From the NCBI GenBank assembly GCA_965203555.1, contig CBDBCY010000004.1:2656001-2720000 (forward strand): a stretch of 64,000 bases of DNA, read 5' to 3'. Below, in pieces: positions 25,742 to 36,705 of this stretch. The number at the start of each line of letters is the position of its first letter. Position 1 is the first letter of the stretch. The position numbers and the translations under genes are program-made. The notes beneath the pieces are model-generated. The model was not told where the DNA came from. It saw only the letters and a program-made list of their open reading frames with translations, and made no database searches. Origin of the DNA: Acidimicrobiia bacterium. Its GTDB lineage: Bacteria > Actinomycetota > Acidimicrobiia > Spongiisociales > ZC4RG35.

Positions 25742-27676
25742 TTAGGAAGGAAGGGGCTTTTCGCCGCGAGTGGCTGCCGCCACCCTTTTCCTGCCGGGGT
25801 CGCCCCCGTTCACTCCGGGTGGTGGCAGAAGGCGCATCTCAGGAGTGTCGGTAGCCTGCCACTTGGGCACGTCGAACAACACCTTTGCGATGTCTTCCAC
25901 ATCAAGGGTCTCCTGCTCCATCAGAGCCTCCACCATCCGGTCGAGCGCCGGTCGGTGCGCTTCCAGGATTTGCCGGGCCTCGGAGTGCGCGACCCGGATC
26001 AGCTTGCGGACTTCGGCGTCGATGTCCGCGGCCAACTGATCCGAGTAGTCCGGCTGGCGGGTGTAGTCGCGGCCCAAAAAGACTTCGCCGCCGGGCTTGC
26101 CGTACTGCATCGGGCCCAGTTCGTCGCTCATCCCGTATTCCATCACCATCCGCCGGGCTATGGCAGTGGCCTTTTCAATGTCGTTGGTCGCTCCGGTGGT
26201 GGGGTCGGCGTAGATGAGTTCCTCGGCGCTTCTTCCTCCCAGCAGCATGGCCAGTTGGTCCAGCAACTCCGAACGCTTCACCAGGTACTTGTCCCGGGTG
26301 GGAAGGGCCAGGGTGTGACCCAGGGAACGCCCGCGGGCCACGATCGTCACCTTGTGAACCGGGTCGGCCATGGGGAGGGCCCAACCGACCAGCGCGTGCC
26401 CGGTTTCGTGAAAGGCGATCAGTCGCTTCTCGTCTCCGGACATGACCCGGGCCTTGCGTTCCGGACCGGCGATGACCCGATCGATGGCCTCCTCCATTTC
26501 CTCCATTCCAACCTGGTCATTGTTGCGACGAGCAGCCAGAAGGGCCGCTTCGTTGATCAGATTGGCCAGATCCGCCCCGGTGAACCCGGGAGTGCGCCGC
26601 GCCAGGACTTCGAGATCGATCTCCGGTTTGAGAGGCTTGCCCCGGGAGTGAACCTTCAAAATGGCTTCCCGCCCCCTGATGTCGGGTGCGTCGATCACGA
26701 TCTGGCGGTCAAAGCGCCCCGGCCGGAGCAGAGCCGGATCCAGAATGTCGGGACGGTTGGTAGCGGCGATCACTATCACCCCGGTGTTGGTGTCGAAGCC
26801 ATCCAGTTCCACCAGGAGTTGGTTGAGGGTCTGTTCACGTTCGTCATGACCACCGCCCAGGCCGGCGCCTCGATGGCGGCCCACCGCGTCGATCTCGTCT
26901 ATGAAGATGATGGCCGGACTGTTCTGCTTGGCCTGCTCGAAAAGGTCTCGGACCCTGCTGGCCCCCACCCCCACGAACATCTCCACGAAGTCCGATCCGG
27001 AGATGGAGAAGAAAGGCCTCCCGGCCTCCCCGGCCACCGCCTTGGCCAGAAGCGTCTTGCCGGTCCCGGGAGGACCGAACAACAGCACACCCTTGGGGAT
27101 CTTGGCGCCCATCGCCCGGAACTTGTCGGCGTCGGCCAGGAAGTCTCGGATCTCTCCCAGTTCCTCGATGGCCTCCTCCAAACCGGCCACGTCCTCGAAA
27201 GTGACGTCAGGGTTGTCTTTCTTCACCATCTTGGCTCGGGTCTTGCCGAACTGCATGATGCGGTTGCCCGATCTTTGCATCTGCATGAATATGAAGATCA
27301 TGAAGCCGATCAGAAGCAGCCACGGAAGCATCCCCACCAGCACGCTCCAAGGTCCGGGCGGCTCGTGGTCGGTGTCGTAGGGAACGCCCCGTTCCTCGAG
27401 GATTTCGGCCAGTTGTCCTTCATAGCCCTCGGGGTACTTGGCTACGAAGTCGTACTGTCCCGGTGGGGCGGTCGACCCTTCGTAGCGGCCCCTCGCTTCC
27501 AGGGAGCGGGTGAGGATAAGGACCGATTCGATGCGGCTTTCCTGCACGGCGTCCAGGAATTCACCGGTGGTTATCTCTTGGGAAGGATCGTCGTCGCTGC
27601 CGAAGTTTTGGAAGAGCAGCGCCATTGTGACGATAAGCAGGCCATAAACCAGGAGAATGCGGATACTGCGACGCAA
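25742..27676 (-). CDS. ftsH: ATP-dependent zinc metalloprotease FtsH
   Basis: Two TMs, [45 protein letters not shown]. Confidence 0.98.
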   Translation of the reverse strand: MRRSIRILLVYGLLIVTMALLFQNFGSDDDPSQEITTGEFLDAVQESRIESVLILTRSLEARGRYEGSTAPPGQYDFVAKYPEGYEGQLAEILEERGVPYDTDHEPPGPWSVLVGMLPWLLLIGFMIFIFMQMQRSGNRIMQFGKTRAKMVKKDNPDVTFEDVAGLEEAIEELGEIRDFLADADKFRAMGAKIPKGVLLFGPPGTGKTLLAKAVAGEAGRPFFSISGSDFVEMFVGVGASRVRDLFEQAKQNSPAIIFIDEIDAVGRHRGAGLGGGHDEREQTLNQLLVELDGFDTNTGVIVIAATNRPDILDPALLRPGRFDRQIVIDAPDIRGREAILKVHSRGKPLKPEIDLEVLARRTPGFTGADLANLINEAALLAARRNNDQVGMEEMEEAIDRVIAGPERKARVMSGDEKRLIAFHETGHALVGWALPMADPVHKVTIVARGRSLGHTLALPTRDKYLVKRSELLDQLAMLLGGRSAEELIYADPTTGATNDIEKATAIARRMVMEYGMSDELGPMQYGKPGGEVFLGRDYTRQPDYSDQLAADIDAEVRKLIRVAHSEARQILEAHRPALDRMVEALMEQETLDVEDIAKVLFDVPKWQATDTPEMRLLPPPGVNGGDPGRKRVAAATRGEKPLPS

Positions 27677-27770
27677 GGTGTGTTCCTTAGGAGACGATCA
27701 ATTCGGGCAGGGAAAGACAGCAGTTAGGAATCATGGTAGGCCGACTCATGTACTAAGAGGAAGTTTAAAT

Positions 27771-28292
27771 CTAGGCTTGACACAAAATACCCACGTAGGG
27801 CAGGTTCCGGTACTTTCCGTCGTAGTCCAATCCGTAACCGACCACGAATTCCGGCCCGATTCTGAATCCTACGTATTTCACGTCGACGGGAACCCGTTGG
27901 ATGCCCTCTTTGTACAGGAGGGCGGCTATCTCGAGGGAGGCCGGCCCTCGGACCCGAAGACTCTTGATCAAATAGTTGAGAGTCAGCCCGGAGTCGACTA
28001 TGTCTTCGCAGATCAGGACGTGTCGTCCCGCGATTTCCTGGTCCAGGTCCTTTAGGACCCGGACCGCTCCGGACGTCTTGGTGGCGGCGCCGTAGGATGA
28101 GACCGCCATGTAGTCGAACTGTGCCGGGAGACGGATCCGGCGGACCAGGTCGGACATCACCATGAACGTCCCCTTCAACACCCCCACTATCAACAGGTCC
28201 TGGCCGGCGTAGTCAGCGGTGATGCGCTCGCCCATGTCCTGCAGCCGGGCGGCTATCTGATCACCGGTTAGGAATGGCTGTATCGAATCCAT
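27771..28292 (-). CDS. hpt: Hypoxanthine phosphoribosyltransferase
   Basis: GVLKG, VSSYG, VLICEDIVDSGLTL, FVVGYGLDY...YRNLPY. Confidence 0.96.
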   Translation of the reverse strand: MDSIQPFLTGDQIAARLQDMGERITADYAGQDLLIVGVLKGTFMVMSDLVRRIRLPAQFDYMAVSSYGAATKTSGAVRVLKDLDQEIAGRHVLICEDIVDSGLTLNYLIKSLRVRGPASLEIAALLYKEGIQRVPVDVKYVGFRIGPEFVVGYGLDYDGKYRNLPYVGILCQA

Positions 28293-28307
28293 CGACCCCA
28301 ATACACA

Positions 28308-29264
28308 TTAGCCGTCTGTGGTGAAAAGGAGCCTGTCGCCGCGGCGGGTAACGATCACACCTTTACCCAATTCGGTCCGGGACGTCCTGCCCCGGGCAAC
28401 GTCCAATACGCGCTGCACCTCGGCGGCGGTCCCACCGTGTGGACCCCGAACCATTCGCAATGCTCGCCGCACGACCCTCGACGAGATGGGCTGCGACAGC
28501 TCGGCCAGGCTCGTGCAGCGAATCTGCGGCCAACCGTTCCGTGAGACTCCCACCGGGACTGCTGCGGCGACTTCCTCCAGGTAGGCAAGATCGGCGGCGG
28601 CCAGTTCCGACAGTCTCAGCAGACCTTGACGTAATCTGGGTTGATAGTCCGCCTCCAGTAGGGGAATCAAACGACGCCGGAGACGGTTACGCAGGTACCG
28701 GGGATCATCGTTTTGCGGGTCGTCCTCCCAGGGGAGACCGGCCAGGGTCGCCACCTCTCGGGTCTCGGAACGCCACACCCCCAGCAGGGGGCGGTGAAAC
28801 CGGCCCCTGCGTGGCGGGATGCCTGCCATGCCGTCCAGACCAGCGCCGCGCAGCAGGTTGTGGAGCACTGTTTCGACCTGGTCGTCGGCGGTGTGTGCGG
28901 TTATCACCACCTCCTCGGAGATGGAGTTTTCGGCCAACGCCCGGTAGCGGGCGGTGCGCAAGGCATCCTCCGACCGGCCCGTTTGGCGGTCAATGAACAC
29001 TTCGTCCAGTTCCAAACCCAGATGTCGGGAGACGGCTTGGGCTGCATTGGCCATGCGTTGAGAATCGGGGAGACCGTGGTTTACATGGACGGCGCGGCAA
29101 ACGCGGCTGGTTCGGAGGGCCAGCCAGGCGGCCGCTGCCGAGTCTGCGCCCCCTGACAGGGCGATCACCAACGGGGAGGTGGGAAACTCCACTCGGGCGG
29201 AAATGTCGGCGGCCAACCGGTCCAGTCGCCGGGTTCGGGTGACCGGGATGGCGTCCTCATCCAT
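28308..29264 (-). CDS. tilS: tRNA(Ile)-lysidine synthase
   Basis: ALSGGADS, HVNHGL, AHTADDQVET, RPLL, EDDPQN, RNRLR; tilS-hpt-ftsH synteny. Confidence 0.92.
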   Translation of the reverse strand: MDEDAIPVTRTRRLDRLAADISARVEFPTSPLVIALSGGADSAAAAWLALRTSRVCRAVHVNHGLPDSQRMANAAQAVSRHLGLELDEVFIDRQTGRSEDALRTARYRALAENSISEEVVITAHTADDQVETVLHNLLRGAGLDGMAGIPPRRGRFHRPLLGVWRSETREVATLAGLPWEDDPQNDDPRYLRNRLRRRLIPLLEADYQPRLRQGLLRLSELAAADLAYLEEVAAAVPVGVSRNGWPQIRCTSLAELSQPISSRVVRRALRMVRGPHGGTAAEVQRVLDVARGRTSRTELGKGVIVTRRGDRLLFTTDG

Positions 29265-29286
29265 CAAGGACGGGGCCGAGGGGGTG

Positions 29287-29568
29287 TCAACCAACTGACT
29301 TATATCGGGACTTGACCACTTTGGTGAAGTAGAGCACCACCGTAACAACACAGAAGATCAGGGCCATGGCCAGGCAGGTCGGCACCAGATAGCGGTATGT
29401 CCAATCGCGCACCGTCTCGGCAGGGGCGGTTTCCTCCACCACCACGGCCGGGACGATCTCCGCCGGTTCCTCCGGCGTCTCCTGAGCCGGGGCGGGAAGC
29501 GCCAATGCCAGGATCACCGTAGCTGCCGAAGCCAGGAGGATCCACCGCCGCCAGTTCATGACCACCAT
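29287..29568 (-). CDS. Small exported/membrane hypothetical protein
   Basis: Signal-peptide-like N-terminus, acidic linker, C-terminal TM followed by a basic tail. Confidence 0.6.
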   Translation of the reverse strand: MVVMNWRRWILLASAATVILALALPAPAQETPEEPAEIVPAVVVEETAPAETVRDWTYRYLVPTCLAMALIFCVVTVVLYFTKVVKSRYKSVG

Positions 29569-29581
29569 AGATTACCCGACT

Positions 29582-29830
29582 CTATCTCAGACCCAGGCGT
29601 CTGGTCTCCAGGGCCAACCTTCCCCTCAGACGCTCCATAAAAACATCAGGCACCTCCTCTTTGAGGTGGTGCCTGATGGTGTAGCGAACGCGACGCTCCA
29701 CGATTTCTATGTTCTTACAGGGCGGACAGTACTCGAAATGCTGCACCAGGCGATGCTCGGTCTCGACCTCCAACTCTCCGTCCACGTAGCGGTACAGGTA
29801 GGTTATCACCTGGCGGCACTCTCTAGACAT
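29582..29830 (-). CDS. Zinc-binding anti-sigma factor (zf-HC2, RsrA/RshA-like)
   Basis: C...LYRYVDGEL...HFEYCPPC (HxxxCxxC); overlaps the sigma factor stop. Confidence 0.88.
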   Translation of the reverse strand: MSRECRQVITYLYRYVDGELEVETEHRLVQHFEYCPPCKNIEIVERRVRYTIRHHLKEEVPDVFMERLRGRLALETRRLGLR

Positions 29831-30401
29831 GTGGAACCTTCGTTGGGGTGAGTCCCCGTTTACTCGCATACTCCCACAACGCTTTTCGCAGGGCATTTCT
29901 TCCCCGGTGCAGTCGGGACATGACGGTGCCCATCGGCACCTCGAGCGTTTGGGCTATTTCTTTGTAGGACAGACCCTCCACGTCGGCCAGCAAGACGGGG
30001 ATCCGATAGATGACCGGCAGGTCCTCGATAGCCTCCACGATGTCGGACTCGAAGATCTGTTCGATCAATTGGTCTTCGGGCGCCCGGGACCAGGACCGGA
30101 CCTGCTCGTAGGCGTTGGATCGGTAGGCCGTGACTTCACCCCCCTCGTCCAACTCTGTCTCCCGGGGACGCCGGGAACGCCGGCGGTACTCGTTTATGAA
30201 AGTGTTGGTGAGAATGCGCATCAGCCAGGCTCTCAAGTTGGTCCCTTCCCGGAATGTGTGATAGCCGCGGTAGGCGCGCAACAGGGCTTCCTGCACCAGG
30301 TCCTCGGCGTCGGAGCGGTTGCGCGCCAGTCGCAGGGCCATGCCGTAGAGCTGTGGAAGCAACTCCACCACATCCTGTTCAAACGTCGCACGGTCCGCCA
30401 T
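29823..30401 (-). CDS. ECF sigma factor (SigH/SigR-like)
   Basis: [53 protein letters not shown]. Confidence 0.9.
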   Translation of the reverse strand: MADRATFEQDVVELLPQLYGMALRLARNRSDAEDLVQEALLRAYRGYHTFREGTNLRAWLMRILTNTFINEYRRRSRRPRETELDEGGEVTAYRSNAYEQVRSWSRAPEDQLIEQIFESDIVEAIEDLPVIYRIPVLLADVEGLSYKEIAQTLEVPMGTVMSRLHRGRNALRKALWEYASKRGLTPTKVPHV

Positions 30402-30529
30402 AAACCCAAACGGTAGCAAACCTGGGGAGGTAGGCAGTCAGCCTTCCGTGTCAGAAGGCCGCTGAACCATGGCGGGGGTGAATCTCGGTGCGGAGACACT
30501 CCGGCGTGGCCGACCGGTCGGGGAAATGG

Positions 30530-31354
30530 CTATTTCGGGGGACGCTGACCTGGCGTGAAAGACTCTGGTAAGAACCTCACCTCTTCCAACTGGTCCAGCA
30601 CTCCCCCCAGGCCGGTGATTGATTCCACCACGGCATCGGGACGGGGAGACGACGGCGGGTGTTTTGTCACTCCGCTGAGGGCCAGCACCGAATACCAGCC
30701 TGCGTTGGCGGCCAGTTGCAAGTCCGTCTCGGGCCGATCACCCACCATCAACACGGTGTCAGTGGATATCCCCTCTCTTATCAACTGGATCATGGGTTCC
30801 TCGGGTTTTCCGGCCGCTACGGCCTTTTGGCCGGTGGCGTATTCCACGGCCGCCACTATTGAACCTGCCGCCGGCCAGATCCCCTCGTCGGTGGGGAAGT
30901 TGCGATCGGTGTTGGTGGCGATCAGTCCGGCGCCGGCCCAAACTGCCTGGCACGCGTCGCGGAGTAGTTCATATGAGAGTTGGGGTGCGAAGCCCACCAC
31001 CACAGCTTTTGCCTCCCTCCAGTCATCCACCACCGGCGCTGCGATGCCTTCCAGGGCTTCAACAATGCCCGGTCCACCCAGAACAAAGGAGGCGGGGCGC
31101 TCCTCTGTCAGGAGGCGCGCAGCGGCCATGGCCGAGGTGAAGACCTGCCCTATCCGGGCCGGGTAACCGGTTGTGTGTCGGATTTTTTCAGCGGTGGCCG
31201 CTTTGGTGCGGCTGGAATTGTTGGTGCAGAACAGCACCTCATAACCTCGCCGCTCGATCTCGGTCAGGGTTTGAGCAGCTCCCCGAACGCCCTCCCGTCC
31301 CAGGTATACGACTCCGTCGAGGTCGAATAGCACGGTTCCCCGGCCGATGCTCAC
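30530..31354 (-). CDS. HAD-IIA family hydrolase (NagD-like)
   Basis: FDLDGVVY, TNNSS, ATNTD, GKP, MVGDRPETD. GTG 31354 overlaps the Nudix stop. Confidence 0.9.
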   Translation of the reverse strand: MSIGRGTVLFDLDGVVYLGREGVRGAAQTLTEIERRGYEVLFCTNNSSRTKAATAEKIRHTTGYPARIGQVFTSAMAAARLLTEERPASFVLGGPGIVEALEGIAAPVVDDWREAKAVVVGFAPQLSYELLRDACQAVWAGAGLIATNTDRNFPTDEGIWPAAGSIVAAVEYATGQKAVAAGKPEEPMIQLIREGISTDTVLMVGDRPETDLQLAANAGWYSVLALSGVTKHPPSSPRPDAVVESITGLGGVLDQLEEVRFLPESFTPGQRPPK

Positions 31355-31764
31355 AAGATCTCCAGAAGTGAGAACATGGTGGGGACCAACGGATAATCCG
31401 AGACCTGATCCAAGGGAACCCATCGGATGTCTGCCGCGTCGTCGCCGGCCTGCAGTTCTCCGCCGACCACTTCGGCCCAGAAGTCGACCAGGGCAAAGTG
31501 CCAGGCAGGGGGCCGGCCGGGACCCACAGCCTCTCCTACCCACGCCACGGGACCGATTTTCACCTCCAGCCCGGTCTCCTCTCGGGCTTCACGTTTCGCT
31601 GCGTCCTCCCAGGTTTCCCCCCAGTGGACCTTGCCGCCCGGCACTGCCCACAGCCCGGCTCCCGCCCCCCGTCCCCGCTGGACCATCAACAGTTTCCTCC
31701 GGTCATCCACGATTACCACTCCCACTCCGGGTATGGGGCTGCGATCCGGTAGGTGAGCGATCAT
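31351..31764 (-). CDS. NUDIX hydrolase
   Basis: Nudix box GGKVHWGETWEDAAKREAREETGL; AGDDAAD. Confidence 0.92.
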   Translation of the reverse strand: MIAHLPDRSPIPGVGVVIVDDRRKLLMVQRGRGAGAGLWAVPGGKVHWGETWEDAAKREAREETGLEVKIGPVAWVGEAVGPGRPPAWHFALVDFWAEVVGGELQAGDDAADIRWVPLDQVSDYPLVPTMFSLLEIL

Positions 31765-31822
31765 GGACGGAAGCTTCAGAAACCCCGGCTCCGGCCGGGA
31801 AGGTAAGGCGAAGGACGCAGCG

Positions 31823-32194
31823 TCAGTAGCAGTCGTTGCATATCTTGGACCGGGGAGAGGCTCTCTGGGTCACCCTCTTCACCAGAAAACAAGATTCGCA
31901 CAGAAATTCGTTGAACCGAATGGCATGGTCGTCGGGGTTGATGGAAAGCTCCTCGCGGCGCATGCCGGCAACCTCCTTCGCCTGCTCAGAGGTGAATACC
32001 TTGCCCGACACGCCTGCTTCCACCATCTTGAGTTCTTCGACCAACAGACCGGAGAGCTCATCGTCGTCCTCGTCTTCGTCGTCTTCGTCCTCCAATAGAG
32101 GATCGTCGTCGGCGAACGGGTCTTCCCACCCGAACTCTTCCTTGAGGTCGCGGTCGTCCTCATATTCTTTTTCGAAAGTCTTGGAGAGTCTCAC
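31823..32194 (-). CDS. DUF4193 family protein
   Basis: Very acidic N-terminal half; C-terminal EFLCESCFLV...ICNDC. Confidence 0.75.
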   Translation of the reverse strand: MRLSKTFEKEYEDDRDLKEEFGWEDPFADDDPLLEDEDDEDEDDDELSGLLVEELKMVEAGVSGKVFTSEQAKEVAGMRREELSINPDDHAIRFNEFLCESCFLVKRVTQRASPRSKICNDCY

Positions 32195-32343
32195 AGCGAC
32201 AGGCGCCTCCTGCTCGTAAAACGGTTCGACCCCTGGAATCGGTGCGGAAGTATAGAGCGCGTGTTTCGCATCGCGACGGAATTACTTGTCGTTTCATGCA
32301 GGGGGCCGAATGCCGTCGGTATTTCCGCGCCCGGCGGCCCTAG

Positions 32344-34155
32344 GAGGCTGCTGATTTATTCGGGTGGGTGAGATGCTTGGTTTGGGGGGTGGGGTGTGGG
32401 ATAATTTTGGGGTATGTTGGGTGTTGAACGTTTTGATCGAGAGTTGTTGGACGCGATGGCGGTGTGTGGTGATCTGGTTCCGGAGGGGTCGGTTTACCGG
32501 TTTTTGGCCGAGCATCGAACTGGGGTGTTCCCGGATGGGTTGTTCGAGGATTTGTTCGGGCCGAAGGGTCGTCCGTCGGTTCCGGGGTCGGTGGTGGCGA
32601 CGGTGATGGTGTTACAGGCTTTGGAGGGCCTGTCCGATCGGGAGGCTATCGGTCGGTTGCGGTGTGATATTCGTTGGAAAGCCGCAGCGGGATTGTCGCT
32701 GGTGGATGGGGGGTTTCATCCCACGGTGTTGACGCTGTGGCGGGCGAGACTACGCAAAAGTGAGAGACCGGAGCGGATCTTCGACGCGGTTAGGAAGGTG
32801 GTGGACGAAACGGGGATTTTGAGAGGTCGTCGCAGGCGGGTGTTGGACTCTACGATTTTGGATGATGCGGTGGTCACGCAGGACACGGTGACGATGATCT
32901 GTGCCCAGATTCGCAAGGTTCGCCGTTTGATATCCCAGGCGCGGCAGGTGGTGTTGTCTCGTGATTATGAACAGGCCGGTAAGCCGTCGTGTGATTGGTA
33001 GGATCCGCAGAGTCGTTCCAACCTGATCGACGGTCTGGTCTCCGACGGGCAGGCGGTGTTGGACGCGGTCAAAGATGTTGATTTGGATGCTGGGCAGTCG
33101 GAGGCGGTGGGGTTGTTGGGGGTGGTGGTCGGCCAGGATGTGGAACCGGACCCCGACCGGGAGGGCAGATGGCGTATCGCTCGGCGGGTGGCTTCGGATC
33201 GGACGATCTCGGTGGTCGACCCGCAGGCTCGTCACGGACGCAAAACATCGTCGCAGCGTCGCGACGGTTACAAGGCTCACATAGCGGCCGAACCGGAGAC
33301 GGAGATCATCACCGTCGTTGAGGTCACCGCTGCGAACACCCCCGACGGGGAGACCGGCGCGAGAATGCTGCAAAAAGACAAACCAGCTGGCACGGACGAC
33401 ACCCACGAACCGGCTGGCATGGATGATCCGGCTGGTGTGGACGATCCGGCTGGGGTGGAGGTCATCGCTGATTCGGCGTACGGGTCGGGCGAGGTCCGCG
33501 CCAAGTTGGAAAAGGCCGGGTATACCACCACTGTGAAACCGATACCTTTGCGTCGTAACCATCGGTTGGGCAGTGACCAGTTCACCCGGGACGATTTCGA
33601 GGTGGATCACGACCGAAAACAGATCACCTGCCCGGCCGGGATAACGGTGAACATCAGCCCCAAAGGCTGGGCACGGTTCGCAAAACACTGCACCGATTGT
33701 GGTTTGCGGAGTCGTTGCACCACCAACCGACGGGGACGCCAGATGCAGATCCACCCCCATGACCGGTTACTGGTCCAAGCCCGCCGAAAATGGAAAGATC
33801 CCCCCACCAAACACCGGTACAACAAGTACCGGCCGACGGTCGAGCGGCTGATCGCTCACTTGGTTGCCAACGGCCACCGCAAACTCCGCTACCGGGGCAC
33901 CACCCGAAACCGACAACAACTACACACCCGCGCAGCGGCGATCAACCTGCGCAGGCTCATCAACCTCGGACTGCACCCCACCAACACCGAAAGGGGCCAC
34001 CAACCCGATCTAAAACCCGGGGAACCCCACCAGAGAACAATCAAACACTGGAGAACACCGGCCACCACCCCCCAGAACCGGCGCGCCCACCGCGCCGCTT
34101 TCGAGATCAAGCCCAGTGACCCACCACCACCCCAACACCAATACTCAGCAGCCTC
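32344..34155 (+). mobile_element. IS1182-family insertion sequence
   Basis: Terminal inverted repeats GAGGCTGCTGA / TCAGCAGCCTC; CTAG target duplication at 32340-32343 and 34156-34159. Confidence 0.9.
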
Positions 34156-34159
34156 CTAG
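32414..34159 (+). pseudogene. IS1182 transposase interrupted by an in-frame TAG (32999-33001)
   Basis: DUF772-like N-terminus (GRPSVP, LSDREA, RWKAAAGL); LDST, DGYKAH, ADSAYG, CPAG/CxxC, R.TVER. ORFs 32414 and 33056 are in the same frame. Confidence 0.85.
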
Positions 34160-36705
34160 AGGGGCAGATGAGGGGCCACCACACCGCGGTCTATCCGGCG
34201 GAGGGCGGCGCGGGCCGAACCTGAAATCGGGGGGAAAGCATCCCGAAGCTGTTTCAACAGGTCCACCAGTTGACGGGCGGTCCTGACGAAGTCTCCAGGG
34301 GTTTGCCCGCTGTCCACCATCTCGAAAAGGGAGGCGCCGCCTGCCCATCGGTACATGTCGGCGACGCACCCCGGCTCGGGGAATGGTGAGGGATCGATGC
34401 GCCGTTTCGATTCTGCCCGGTTTAGCCTTTCCGTCAAGTCAACCAGTCTCTCCCAGCGGCCGGCCAGTTCGGAGGTGGGCCAAGGCGAGGAGGGAGGAGA
34501 GGTGTTGCGGGGGTCGTAGACGAAGACCGACCCTAAAGCGGCGGTTTCTTCAGGGCTCAGGTCGTCGAACAGACCGTTGATCACTGATTCCGATATCAGT
34601 AGGTCCCTTTCGTTGTAGACCAGCCGAAGGCGTTCTCCGGCACGGGTGACATTCCATCCCGACAGGTAGCCCCACTCTTCCATCAGTCCCTTGACCGACG
34701 CGAAGCGACCCTCCAGTCCCATGGTGGCCCAGGCGCCGTCCCTTTGGAGTTGCTTGAGCCGTCGGCGGGTTCGAATCGCCCTGCGGGCCTTGCGCAGGTG
34801 GAAGTCGAGATCAGGGCAACCGGCTACCGGATGTTCATCCAGCCTGGGTCCCCGTCCCGATCGGGGGAAGGAAGTGTTCTTGCGGGACAGGCGACGGAGC
34901 CGGGCGGCCATCTCCCGGTTGAGGGCGCGGTTATCGGAGTGGCGTCGTTTGGGTACGGCCAGATGCCCTACCCGCACCGTCCCCGCCACCAACTCTCGGG
35001 CGCCCATCGAGAAGGCCGCGCCCGACTCCGAGACGGCCAGCACCCGAGGGGCCTTGGAGCGTCGTGCGATCCGGCGCATAACCACGTAACGGCCGGACCG
35101 GCGACCGGAGGGGACTTCCAAGACGTCCCCGATTCGCAAAGTGTTGAAAAGCCCGCCGGCGTTGGCGCTCCCTTTGCGAAGCAGTTCCAGGTAGTCGAAA
35201 ACCGAACCTCTCTCGCACATACTGTCGCGCTCTTCCTGTTCCAGCCGCTTGGAAAGTTTGTCCGCCAAGCGCTTCTCGGTTTCGAGTCTGGAGACCTGCT
35301 GAAAGTTGGCGAACGAGGCCGAAAGCAGATCCGAAGCCAGTTCGGCGGGATAGTTGGCAACCAAGTTGGCAACCATGTTGTAGGTGATGCGGAAGCTTGA
35401 CACCAGCGGATGAGCGCCCGTACCTGCTGCTTTCACTACTTCCTGGAAGGGCACGTAGCGGGAGTAGAGCACCACTGCGAAACCCTCGGTGTCTATTCCC
35501 CGTCGACCGGCCCGGCCGGTGAGTTGCGTGTAGTCCCCCGGCGCCAAAGCCTCATGGGTCTCCCCGGTGAATTTGGTGAGTGATTCCAGTACCACCGTGC
35601 GAGCCGGCATGTTTATACCCAGCGCCAGGGTTTCGGTGGCAAAAACGACTCCAAGCAGTCCGGCGGCGAACAGTTCTTCCGTTGCCTCCTTGAATGCCGG
35701 AACCATTCCGGCGTGATGAGCCGCCACCCCGGATTCGAGGCGATCCAACCACTCCGCGTAGTTGAGAGCCTGCAGGTCCATGTCGGAGAGATGGGCGGTG
35801 TGGGACTCGGCTGTGGAGCGGATCGTTCGGCGGTTCTCGGGGGAGGTGAGCCGGATGCCGGCGTTGGTAACTGTGGAGGCGGCTGCCTCGCAACCCGCCC
35901 GCGAAAAGATGAAATAGATGGCGGGAAGAAGACCATCGGTGGCCAGGGCATCCACCACCTGGGCCCGGCGTGGCGCCGAGAATCTCCTACGGTTGCGCCC
36001 GCCGGCCAGAAGGGACATGATTCTCGGATTGGGCTTTCTTCTTCCCTCCATCTGCACGAACATGGGAAGGAGTCGAAAGTGCTGAGGGCCGAAGCGATCA
36101 CGCAGCGCATAGAAGTCCCGTAGTGGCACCGGTCGTCGGGTGGCCCGTACCAGCCGGGTCTTTCCCCTGCGTTGGCGGACCCATCCGGCGAACTCGGAGG
36201 TGTTGGAAACCGTTGCCGAGAGGCACACCATCTGCAGCCGCGGCGGAGCGTGAATGATGATCTCCTCCCACACCGCCCCTCGCGAACGGTCGGCCAGGTA
36301 ATGCACTTCATCCAAAATGGCCACCCCGACACCCGACAGCCGGTCGGGGTCGGTGTAGAGCATGTTACGCAGCACCTCGGCTGTCATCACCACTACCGGC
36401 GCTTCCCCTCGGATGGCGTTGTCCCCGGTAAGGAGACCTACTCTTTCGCTGCCGTAGTGGGAGCACAGATCGTTGTACTTCTGGTTGGAAAGAGCCTTGA
36501 TGGGTGTCGTGTAGAAAGCCCGCAACCCCTGGGCCAAAGCCAGGTGGATGGCGGCTTCCGCCACCAGTGTCTTACCGGCGCCGGTGGGGGCCGTCACCAC
36601 CACATTGAACCCTTTCTCCAGCGCCTCCGCCGCCTCGGTCTGGAAAGAGTCGGGTTCGAAAGGCAGACGATCCAGGAATTGGCGGCTGATCGGCGCCTGG
36701 TTCAT
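34156..36705 (-). CDS. helY: Ski2-like DEAD/DEAH-box RNA helicase (HelY)
   Basis: APTGAGKT, TPIKALSNQK, DEVH, LSAT, HHAG, ATETLALGINMPA, QLTGRAGRRG, DSHCT-like C-terminus. ATG 36705 overlaps the tatC stop. Confidence 0.92.
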   Translation of the reverse strand: MNQAPISRQFLDRLPFEPDSFQTEAAEALEKGFNVVVTAPTGAGKTLVAEAAIHLALAQGLRAFYTTPIKALSNQKYNDLCSHYGSERVGLLTGDNAIRGEAPVVVMTAEVLRNMLYTDPDRLSGVGVAILDEVHYLADRSRGAVWEEIIIHAPPRLQMVCLSATVSNTSEFAGWVRQRRGKTRLVRATRRPVPLRDFYALRDRFGPQHFRLLPMFVQMEGRRKPNPRIMSLLAGGRNRRRFSAPRRAQVVDALATDGLLPAIYFIFSRAGCEAAASTVTNAGIRLTSPENRRTIRSTAESHTAHLSDMDLQALNYAEWLDRLESGVAAHHAGMVPAFKEATEELFAAGLLGVVFATETLALGINMPARTVVLESLTKFTGETHEALAPGDYTQLTGRAGRRGIDTEGFAVVLYSRYVPFQEVVKAAGTGAHPLVSSFRITYNMVANLVANYPAELASDLLSASFANFQQVSRLETEKRLADKLSKRLEQEERDSMCERGSVFDYLELLRKGSANAGGLFNTLRIGDVLEVPSGRRSGRYVVMRRIARRSKAPRVLAVSESGAAFSMGARELVAGTVRVGHLAVPKRRHSDNRALNREMAARLRRLSRKNTSFPRSGRGPRLDEHPVAGCPDLDFHLRKARRAIRTRRRLKQLQRDGAWATMGLEGRFASVKGLMEEWGYLSGWNVTRAGERLRLVYNERDLLISESVINGLFDDLSPEETAALGSVFVYDPRNTSPPSSPWPTSELAGRWERLVDLTERLNRAESKRRIDPSPFPEPGCVADMYRWAGGASLFEMVDSGQTPGDFVRTARQLVDLLKQLRDAFPPISGSARAALRRIDRGVVAPHLPL

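Noticed and set aside
25544-27727. 727-aa plus-strand ORF
   Set aside because: Antisense shadow of ftsH caused by high-GC codon bias; no motifs.
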